DNA from: a virus
Lineage: Duplodnaviria; Caudoviricetes
DNA: 45,794 bases
Strand: one strand, 5' to 3'
Virus record (IMG/VR): IMGVR_UViG_3300020379_000013
Location: 1-45,794 of that record
The notes below the pieces were generated by a model. The model searched no databases and had not been told where the DNA came from. It worked only from the letters and a program-made list of their open reading frames with translations. The translations under genes were made by a program, and so were the position numbers. Below are positions 39,821-45,570 of the stretch, one piece after another; position 1 is the first letter of the stretch, and the number at the start of each line of letters is the position of its first letter.

Positions 39821-40312
39821 TTATTGATAAAGGTATCCCATAGTGTTGGGAGGTAAGTTCATTAACTGTGTAAACCTGTCAGTATACTTCTCTATACGTC
39901 TTCCACCACCTTTTGTTGGTGTATACATTAACTCTCTCATGTTCTCTGCTATCTTTCCTTTCTTATGCTTAGTGAATGCTTCTTTCCTAGTCCAGAGATC
40001 GTAGAAGATATCCTTGTCATCAGTGTGTTCCCACTCGTGGAAGTATCTCTTGGAGATCTTCTCATAGGGACGTTCTTTCATATATTCGATATCAATACCG
40101 ACTTGCTTTGTAGAGACAGCAACGACGCTAAAGATATGACTGTCCGATTTATTCCAATGCATCGTTATAGGTTCCTTACAGTCTAATACCCGACTACTCA
40201 GAAATTCTCTCATGGCACATCTTATCATGCCACCAGAGGGATGGTTAGGTTCATCTATATTACTGAACAGATATACATGTGTGTCATCGTTGTGAAAAAT
40301 CAAAGGGGGCAT
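39821..40312 (-). CDS. Sfp-type 4'-phosphopantetheinyl transferase (ACPS family), 163 aa
   Basis: VGIDIE and FYDLWTRKEAFTK match the two PPTase catalytic motifs; HWNKSDS occupies the FNxSHS position; ISKRYF..WE segment; GAGG SD. Confidence 0.82.
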   Translation of the reverse strand: MPPLIFHNDDTHVYLFSNIDEPNHPSGGMIRCAMREFLSSRVLDCKEPITMHWNKSDSHIFSVVAVSTKQVGIDIEYMKERPYEKISKRYFHEWEHTDDKDIFYDLWTRKEAFTKHKKGKIAENMRELMYTPTKGGGRRIEKYTDRFTQLMNLPPNTMGYLYQ

Positions 40313-40585
40313 TTTTACCTCAGAAAATATTTTGAAAAAATTTTATATTTTATATCTCGCTCGCGGATGCAAGACTTTATAGATTAGCTCTATGGGACTC
40401 CTTTAAAACGCCCCCCCGCCCGCGAACTGGGTTAGGGACTGGATCGCTGCTTAAGTTCGACTTAAAGAGCAGTGCATCGCTCACCTTGAAAGTCTTATGC
40501 GATCCAGTTCATGTGGTCTTACATTTAGACGAGGGATTACTATCACTCTGTTTCAGTGCTACCTACATCAGGTTTGCCACGCTGC
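40313..40585 (-). ncRNA. Candidate structured non-coding RNA or cis element at the early/late boundary
   Basis: No credible ORF. 10-bp inverted repeat (40438-40447/40499-40508), 8-bp inverted repeat (40371-40378/40489-40496), several local hairpins, C7 run (40411-40417). Strand inferred from flanking genes. Confidence 0.45.
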
Positions 40586-40798
40586 CTAGAATGGGCAGTC
40601 GTCAGGAACTACAAACTGTGGTTTCTCTCCTGCCATCCATGCTGACCTCTGCTCATCCTGCCACTCCATGTGTGCCACACGCTTGAGCATCTCATCAACA
40701 TGAACTTTGCTCATCATCTCGTCATATGTTAGGTCATGCTCTAGCATATACTCAGTATATACTATATCCCTATATAACCCCGTGGTTAGAGTATCCAT
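40586..40798 (-). CDS. Hypothetical early protein (70 aa, MDTLTTGLY...DDCPF)
   Basis: Start reassigned to the ATG at 40798, which overlaps the upstream TAA (TAATG). Confidence 0.65.
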   Translation of the reverse strand: MDTLTTGLYRDIVYTEYMLEHDLTYDEMMSKVHVDEMLKRVAHMEWQDEQRSAWMAGEKPQFVVPDDCPF

Positions 40799-40992
40799 TA
40801 TATAACCCCCACTGCACCGAGGTCGCCATAGCAACCCTCGACTACTCGCTTTCCGTTGAGAGCATACCATACAACCTCTGCATAACCATAATCTTCTGAG
40901 ATGCTAAGGCATAGTTCATCTGCGAACTGGTGAGAGAGAACTGGTTCTTGAATGTTTGTATTTGGAACTTCGATAAATCTTTGAATTTGCAT
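40798..40992 (-). CDS. Hypothetical early protein (64 aa)
   Basis: Follows a TATAAT promoter cassette and an A/C-rich leader. Confidence 0.7.
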   Translation of the reverse strand: MQIQRFIEVPNTNIQEPVLSHQFADELCLSISEDYGYAEVVWYALNGKRVVEGCYGDLGAVGVI

Positions 40993-41026
40993 AATCTAAA
41001 ATGTGATGTAATTGCTTGTTATCCTT

Positions 41027-41051
41027 ATTATAACCCCTATATGGGTAGGGG
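41027..41051 (-). promoter_or_regulatory. Early promoter: TATAAT with adjacent hairpin CCCCTA/TAGGGG
   Basis: -10 at 41027-41032; stem arms 41034-41039/41046-41051. Confidence 0.6.
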
Positions 41052-41081
41052 GAGGATAAACCCCCCATACTGTAACAATCG

Positions 41082-41351
41082 TTAATATTGTCTTTCTATC
41101 TCTTGAATTAACTCGCTTAACTCGTCATAGTCTGCCATTGTCCATGCTGCACCGTCTGGAGTTTTTAGCATGTTGTATTCTTGCATTTCTATGATGAAGT
41201 CGAATGCGTCCTCGCATCTGCTTGCTATATGGTAAAGTGTCTCATCGTTGTTAATCCATAAGGCACAGTTCCAAGTAGTCCAGTCTGCCCAACCGTTGTA
41301 ATCGGTCTTTGGATCTTCTGTGTTTAGTTCTTGCTGAAGAGTTAAAGTCAT
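41082..41351 (-). CDS. Conserved phage early protein (YNGW.(N/D)W.TWN.ALW motif), 89 aa
   Basis: [22 protein letters not shown] and KTPDG motifs; has its own promoter. Confidence 0.75.
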   Translation of the reverse strand: MTLTLQQELNTEDPKTDYNGWADWTTWNCALWINNDETLYHIASRCEDAFDFIIEMQEYNMLKTPDGAAWTMADYDELSELIQEIERQY

Positions 41352-41378
41352 GTTTGCTTTAATTGTTTTGTTACTACT

Positions 41379-41437
41379 ATTATAATCCCTAGCACGGTTA
41401 ATGCTAGGGTTGTTGTGCCACTAATTGAACTGTCTGC
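41379..41437 (-). promoter_or_regulatory. Early promoter: upstream GACAGTT..AGTGGCAC dyad, 8-bp hairpin, TATAAT
   Basis: -10 at 41379-41384; CCCTAGCA/TGCTAGGG at 41387-41394/41402-41409; dyad at 41415-41437. Confidence 0.7.
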
Positions 41438-42023
41438 TCGGGCTGAAAACGGTCTCTCTTATAAGTCGTTTTGTATATGGTATGTCAGCATTCATTAGTT
41501 CGCTTATCTTAACTGAACATTGAACACGTCTCTGGTTCTTACTGTCTACCTTTGGGTGGATCTTAACTAATGCGTCATTGTCTGAGATGCAGTTCTTTAA
41601 GACCATTCTTTCTGTTTTAGTTTCCTGCTGTGCTTGCTTTCCTGCGGGTATGTTCTTAATATAGGTTACATACTCTGCAAGTTGGTTGTAATTCATCTTT
41701 CCCCATAGTTTGCGTTCATGCTCTGGTCTGATGTAGAAAGTATACTCAGTATGGAATACCTTATTATCCCCGCACTGCTCATATACACCAACAACTAGGT
41801 TATAGTCGAATTCCTGCCTACGACGTAGCACGTCGCCACAGTCTACCCTATTACCCTTAGCAGTCTTAATGCTGTAGTCAGATATAGAAAGAAGTCCTTT
41901 CATAATATCCATGCCTGACGTATAACCATTTTCTTTTAATGCGTCATAGTCTACCTTAGACAATCCAGTGATCTGTCTAGTCTTAAGATCTTCGTAGTAG
42001 TTACCGTGTGCTTGAACTTCCAT
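41421..42023 (-). CDS. Putative PD-(D/E)XK restriction-endonuclease-like nuclease (200 aa)
   Basis: Q.HG..YE helix, then D...SIKT, a catalytic-like E..D..(S)xK arrangement; C-terminal PKVDSKNQRRVQCS. Confidence 0.5.
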   Translation of the reverse strand: MEVQAHGNYYEDLKTRQITGLSKVDYDALKENGYTSGMDIMKGLLSISDYSIKTAKGNRVDCGDVLRRRQEFDYNLVVGVYEQCGDNKVFHTEYTFYIRPEHERKLWGKMNYNQLAEYVTYIKNIPAGKQAQQETKTERMVLKNCISDNDALVKIHPKVDSKNQRRVQCSVKISELMNADIPYTKRLIRETVFSPSRQFN

Positions 42024-42049
42024 GTTTGGGTGTTTCGTTGTATGTTTAT

Positions 42050-42103
42050 ATTATAGCGTGGACTTATAGTAATTGGCAATACGCGAGATACACGCCACGC
42101 TAT
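42050..42103 (-). promoter_or_regulatory. Early promoter TTGCCA-N18-TATAAT bracketed by a 9-bp inverted repeat
   Basis: -10 at 42050-42055; -35 at 42074-42079; ATAGCGTGG/CCACGCTAT at 42053-42061/42095-42103. Confidence 0.65.
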
Positions 42104-42109
42104 CAAATG

Positions 42110-42337
42110 TTACGCTTCGTAGAAGTAGGGGTGATCTACTTCAAACGGTTCGGGTTCGTATGTAGTCGAAGCATCTATGTTCTGTTTGAGATTAGGATCA
42201 TATAACCTTATTGATAGTTCGGCATCATCTGCAGTGCCTACCCATCCCTTACGGTCTAGAGCATCATCTATGATGTTCCAGACCTTATGAACTTCTTCAT
42301 CATTTAAGAATGAGCAAATGTTCCAGTAACGATCCAT
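42110..42337 (-). CDS. Hypothetical acidic early protein (75 aa)
   Basis: GGAGG SD and TAATG coupling to the upstream gene. Confidence 0.7.
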   Translation of the reverse strand: MDRYWNICSFLNDEEVHKVWNIIDDALDRKGWVGTADDAELSIRLYDPNLKQNIDASTTYEPEPFEVDHPYFYEA

Positions 42338-42525
42338 TACTTAACCTCCATCCACTTGAACTCGGATACTGTGCCGACTTTCCATATTGTGATAGGTCTC
42401 TCAAGCAATTCTGCCTGTCTCTCTGCATGGCGTTTAGCATCTGCAAAGTGTGATCCGTCAAATACGTCTGCCCAGATCTTGACTTCGTTTCCGTAGTCTG
42501 AAGGTTGGATTGCCCAAGTAGTCAT
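42337..42525 (-). CDS. Hypothetical early protein (62 aa, MTTWAIQPS...)
   Basis: Start reassigned to 42525 because the longer 42621 version runs through the promoter cassette. Confidence 0.7.
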   Translation of the reverse strand: MTTWAIQPSDYGNEVKIWADVFDGSHFADAKRHAERQAELLERPITIWKVGTVSEFKWMEVK

Positions 42526-42559
42526 GTTGCTCTGTGGTGTGAATTGTTTGTATATACTT

Positions 42560-42591
42560 ATTATAACCTCATCAAGTGCGTTTATGAGGTT
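42560..42591 (-). promoter_or_regulatory. Early promoter: TATAAT with abutting 8-bp hairpin
   Basis: -10 at 42560-42565; AACCTCAT/ATGAGGTT at 42565-42572/42584-42591. Confidence 0.65.
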
Positions 42592-42626
42592 GGAAGTGTG
42601 TATGTTAATAAAGTGTAACATATGGA

Positions 42627-42794
42627 TTAGTGCCTATCGCTAATCCATAGAGTGCCACCAGTCGGGTGCTCAAGTGGTTCAAAGTCTCGCTTTGCCATAT
42701 CGTGCAATACTGCCATAAGCACGGGATCTTTCATAGCGGACTCATTCATTAGAACGCGACCATCGAACATTGGTGTTAAATCTTTGTTGAACAT
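42627..42794 (-). CDS. Hypothetical early protein (55 aa, MFNKDL...WISDRH; alternative leaderless start 42818)
   Basis: The 42818 ATG lies at the expected transcription start, so 42794 is preferred. Confidence 0.65.
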   Translation of the reverse strand: MFNKDLTPMFDGRVLMNESAMKDPVLMAVLHDMAKRDFEPLEHPTGGTLWISDRH

Positions 42795-42820
42795 AGAACT
42801 CGTAGTGGTTTGTTTCATGT

Positions 42821-42866
42821 CTCTATTATAGAGGATTACACGTATACGTAAAGGATCAAATGATAC
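42821..42866 (-). promoter_or_regulatory. Early promoter with near-consensus NtcA site: GTA-N8-TCC-N22-TATAAT
   Basis: -10 at 42825-42830; site at 42853-42866 (one mismatch to GTA-N8-TAC); palindrome ACGTATACGT at 42840-42849. Confidence 0.55.
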
Positions 42867-42916
42867 AACTTAACGTTTATTGATCATGACTAGTCAGCTG
42901 CTTCGCAGCGGGAAGA

Positions 42917-42997
42917 CTACGCTCGGATGTCAAATAGTGTAGTGAAGAATAGGGCAACAAGGCGGATGATTTCCTTAATTGAGATGTTGTCTGTCAT
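42917..42997 (-). CDS. Putative 26-aa hydrophobic micropeptide MTDNISIKEIIRLVALFFTTLFDIRA
   Basis: ATGA overlap with the stop of the upstream gene; followed by a GCTGC-GAA-GCAGC hairpin. Confidence 0.45.
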   Translation of the reverse strand: MTDNISIKEIIRLVALFFTTLFDIRA

Positions 42998-43296
42998 GTG
43001 AATTGTAGTATAGGGACAGCGGTGACACTATACATTATAGCATCCTGATTAAATGCTTTCTTGTATGCATCACCCACTTCTAGAAGTGCATCCACTGCAG
43101 CGGTGTCATCCGTGGTAACTGAAATTGTTTTGCTTTTCTCTAGGGTGCCTTTGTATATGCCGATTGAGTCGGTGATAGTTGCATAGTCTAGAGCAGCAAG
43201 GACCTTACTGTTTAAGAAGTCGATCCACATTTGGTTGGTGACTTTACCCGCATTAGGGATATTCATTCCTAGGGTGATTGAATGAGTTTGCATCAT
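42994..43296 (-). CDS. Putative SAM lyase (T3 SAMase-like / DUF3574-like, PII/ferredoxin-like fold), 100 aa
   Basis: GIYKGTLEKS and YKKAFNQDAIM resemble the G.Y(K/R)...E and F.Q(D/E)AI motifs of phage SAM lyases; first gene of the leftward early arm. Confidence 0.6.
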   Translation of the reverse strand: MMQTHSITLGMNIPNAGKVTNQMWIDFLNSKVLAALDYATITDSIGIYKGTLEKSKTISVTTDDTAAVDALLEVGDAYKKAFNQDAIMYSVTAVPILQFT

Positions 43297-43355
43297 AGTG
43301 AGAACTTCGTATATACACTATCATACATCGGCAGCGGGTGATATCTATCCTGTGT

Positions 43356-43412
43356 GTGACACTTTTATTAGTGTCCACTATCACCCCATATGTCGTTCAT
43401 AGGCAGTATAAT
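43356..43412 (+). promoter_or_regulatory. Early promoter at the divergence point: dyad GTGACACT-N6-AGTGTCCAC plus TATAAT
   Basis: Dyad at 43356-43378; -10 at 43407-43412; near-copy of the cassette at 45235-45291. Confidence 0.72.
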
Positions 43413-43441
43413 ATTAATATAACAAACAAGGAGAACCAAAC

Positions 43442-43618
43442 ATGAGTTGCCTACAAAACGAACTACTACTAGAGCAATGCTTCGATGAAGCGGTAGAGGA
43501 TTTCTGCACAGCAAACAAACTTACTGCTGAGATGTTCGCTACTATAGAGAATCACTTAGGTGTTCAAATAGCATTAGACAGACTAGCAAGAGATAAGTTC
43601 GAGGGCATGATCCAATGA
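43442..43618 (+). CDS. Hypothetical early protein (58 aa, MSCLQNELLLEQCFDEA...KFEGMIQ)
   Basis: Hand-translated; AAGGAG SD; ATGA overlap with the next gene. Below the ORF-track cutoff. Confidence 0.75.
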   Translation: MSCLQNELLLEQCFDEAVEDFCTANKLTAEMFATIENHLGVQIALDRLARDKFEGMIQ

Positions 43619-43797
43619 CCCTTGACACTAAGAAATTAAGAGTATTCAAACTCACAGATAACCAAATCGACATGCTCATTGAGTCTGTTATGCTTGCCTA
43701 TGAAATGGACATAGAAGAGAGAAACGACTACGACAGAGACGAGTTCGACCAGATGGTAAACGAGGTAGTAGGATCGTATAGAACGAACTACCTCTAG
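43615..43797 (+). CDS. Hypothetical acidic early protein (60 aa)
   Basis: ATGA coupling to the upstream ORF. Confidence 0.7.
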   Translation: MTLDTKKLRVFKLTDNQIDMLIESVMLAYEMDIEERNDYDRDEFDQMVNEVVGSYRTNYL

Positions 43798-43818
43798 TAT
43801 CATTTGCACTATCATTCC

Positions 43819-43838
43819 TAGCGATTCTTCGCTATACT
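43819..43838 (+). promoter_or_regulatory. Early promoter: hairpin TAGCGA/TCGCTA overlapping TATACT
   Basis: Stem arms 43819-43824/43829-43834; -10 at 43833-43838. Confidence 0.55.
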
Positions 43839-43861
43839 TAAATTAATTCAATACAGCATTT

Positions 43862-44317
43862 ATGCCAAATCACTGCCACAATCGAGTCACCTTCTACTCA
43901 GAAGATACTACACTCATTACCAAATTACATAACATATTCAGAATTGCACTTGACCCAAATGATGAAAGGTCAGTCTTTGGTCAGTTCATACCCGAACCAG
44001 ATTGGAAAACTACACCAAACGACAAAGGCGAACTACCTATCCAACCTGATAAGGATAGCATGTATCCTCCACAGTTTCCAGATGGTGTTACTGATGATAG
44101 ATGGTATTCATGGAGACTTGCCAACTGGGGAACTAAGTGGGATTGCTATGCAGTAGAGATTGACGACAGCGACATGCACAACGGATTCGAGGTCACGTTC
44201 GATACTGCGTGGTCACCTCCCGAAGAAATCTGTTATGCTATCAAAGATCAGTTTGACGACCTTAGCGTATCATGGTTTTTTGATGAACCAGGTATGGAAG
44301 TTGCGGGGTATCTATAA
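43862..44317 (+). CDS. DUF1281/YubB-like ferredoxin-fold protein (151 aa)
   Basis: MPN.C.N, WY.WR..NWGTKWD, F.TAWSPP and EPG motifs. Confidence 0.8.
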   Translation: MPNHCHNRVTFYSEDTTLITKLHNIFRIALDPNDERSVFGQFIPEPDWKTTPNDKGELPIQPDKDSMYPPQFPDGVTDDRWYSWRLANWGTKWDCYAVEIDDSDMHNGFEVTFDTAWSPPEEICYAIKDQFDDLSVSWFFDEPGMEVAGYL

Positions 44318-44566
44318 ATGGATAAGTCTAAATTTACACCCGAACTCATAAGCGAACTCAAAGGGTTCTATGTTGAAAGGGTTGTTGATAATATGGACAC
44401 TAAGGACTTAGTGAACTATGTTATGGACGACCTCGACAGATACTATGAGAAGAGATCCGACATGGATTTCCTCGAAGATGCCTATAATTATTGGGAAGAT
44501 CACTTTGACGATGTAGTAGAAGAGATCGAGGACTACATGAAATGTAAGTTCAAGAAGGAACGTTAA
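44318..44566 (+). CDS. Hypothetical acidic early protein (82 aa)
   Basis: Abuts the upstream stop; YVER.VD.MDTKDL motif. Confidence 0.72.
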   Translation: MDKSKFTPELISELKGFYVERVVDNMDTKDLVNYVMDDLDRYYEKRSDMDFLEDAYNYWEDHFDDVVEEIEDYMKCKFKKER

Positions 44567-44569
44567 GTT

Positions 44570-44611
44570 GTAAAGAATGATACAGCAGGTCAGCTTGATC
44601 TGCTGTATACT
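44570..44611 (+). promoter_or_regulatory. Canonical NtcA-activated promoter GTA-N8-TAC-N22-TATACT
   Basis: tGTA AAGAATGA TACa at 44569-44584; exactly 22 nt from TAC to the TAN3T box at 44606-44611; 13-bp hairpin at 44580-44608. Confidence 0.7.
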
Positions 44612-44617
44612 AGTAAT

Positions 44618-44690
44618 ATACAGAGTTGGGTCGCTCTTTAAATCTTCGACACTCAAGCAGCTGAATTTTCTTAGTAAACATTTGAGTGTG
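44618..44690 (+). ncRNA. Candidate ~70-nt small RNA
   Basis: Lies between two promoters with no ORF of its own; AGAG/CTCT and ACACTCAA/TTGAGTGT stems; core shared with 40446-40470 (minus strand). Ends are approximate. Confidence 0.45.
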
Positions 44691-44747
44691 ATATATGATA
44701 CCATGTATAATATGATACTAGCGTTCTTGCTGCCTAGCGACTATAAT
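44688..44747 (+). promoter_or_regulatory. Second NtcA-type promoter GTA-N8-TAC-N23-TATAAT with upstream GTG-N8-TAC site
   Basis: GTA TAATATGA TAC at 44705-44718; -10 at 44742-44747; GTG ATATATGA TAC at 44688-44701. Confidence 0.65.
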
Positions 44748-44779
44748 AGAAGAGTAAACCAAACATAGGTGTAAACTTT

Positions 44780-45235
44780 ATGTCAACTAACGCTAGAATA
44801 GGTTATGTATTACCCGACGATTCCATTGTTTCTGTTTATCATCATTGGGACGGATATCCTGAGTGGTTGGGTGTAACTCTCAAGCAGCAATACAACACAG
44901 ATGAGAAAGTTCGCGAACTCATCGACGGTGGCAACATGTCTAGTTGCTACTCAGATAATGAATTTGACTACGATAAGCAAGAGTTCGTTAAACAAGATCC
45001 AAAACCCTCTTACTATGGCGGTGACGATGAAGCACCAAAACTATTCAAGACTCTCACCGATTTATCACGGGTCAATGACGGATCAGAGTTTCTATACCTA
45101 TTCCTTAAGGGTAGGTGGGAATGTTACTCAATAGATCAAAAATATGATGACGATTGGAATCTAGTTTCAACTACTATTCAAAATTTAGAGATTCCAGATG
45201 ACTATCCAAACTATGCCGAACCAGCTGCCGCATAG
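44780..45235 (+). CDS. Conserved phage protein with Y.H.DGYP motif (151 aa), function unknown
   Basis: MST.ARIG, SVYHHWDGYP..LG..L, LIDGG.MS and E(F/Y).YLF motifs. Confidence 0.78.
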   Translation: MSTNARIGYVLPDDSIVSVYHHWDGYPEWLGVTLKQQYNTDEKVRELIDGGNMSSCYSDNEFDYDKQEFVKQDPKPSYYGGDDEAPKLFKTLTDLSRVNDGSEFLYLFLKGRWECYSIDQKYDDDWNLVSTTIQNLEIPDDYPNYAEPAAA

Positions 45236-45291
45236 TGCCAATTGGCAAACTGTCCACTAAGTGCCTATATGTCGCAAATAGGCACTATAAT
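45235..45291 (+). promoter_or_regulatory. Early promoter: dyad GTGCCAATT..AACTGTCCAC, 9-bp hairpin, TATAAT
   Basis: Dyad at 45235-45257; AGTGCCTAT/ATAGGCACT at 45260-45268/45278-45286; -10 at 45286-45291. Confidence 0.72.
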
Positions 45292-45319
45292 ATAAACATA
45301 CCAAACAAATAAGACTAAA

Positions 45320-45568
45320 ATGATCTTAAGACAAATCGGTTCAAACCAAACAGAATTATCTCTCAGCAACGGGAACTCAATTCTATTCTCATATGAGACA
45401 CCCGTAGCAGGTTTTGACAGGGAAGACGGATTCTTCAAAACTATGACTTACTACAGTAAGACTACATCAAGACACATCAACGCATATTTCAAGCATGTGC
45501 CATCTGAAGACATCAAAGAAGTGCCTGACCAGTATATTGTAGACCTTGTAAACTTTGACGTTAAGTAA
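45320..45568 (+). CDS. Conserved phage early protein (FSY.TPVA / YS.TTSRHIN motifs), 82 aa
   Basis: Motifs recurrent in cyanophage early regions; has its own promoter. Confidence 0.78.
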   Translation: MILRQIGSNQTELSLSNGNSILFSYETPVAGFDREDGFFKTMTYYSKTTSRHINAYFKHVPSEDIKEVPDQYIVDLVNFDVK

Positions 45569-45570
45569 TT

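Noticed and set aside
40520-40580. Hammerhead-like core on the minus strand (CUGAUG...GAAAC...GUC with a plausible stem III)
   Set aside because: Core reads CUGAUGUA rather than CUGAnGA, stem II is only about 2 bp, and stem I cannot pair next to the cleavage site; not called a ribozyme.
40486-40686. 66-aa plus-strand ORF
   Set aside because: TTG start without SD, antisense to local transcription, and overlaps the structured block and a better ORF.
43797-43810. NtcA-like site GTATCATTTGCAC before the DUF1281-like gene
   Set aside because: Spacing is GTA-N7-CAC, not N8; too degenerate to call.
44622-44680. Pistol-ribozyme resemblance (hairpin, UUAAAU linker, loop pseudoknot, GC, hairpin)
   Set aside because: No P2 helix is possible and the conserved GCG and cleavage-site context is not met; kept only as a candidate sRNA.
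44577-44768. 63-aa plus-strand ORF (and the 44408-44704 minus-strand ORF)
   Set aside because: Starts inside the NtcA box and crosses two promoters and hairpins; composition unlike the neighbouring acidic early proteins.
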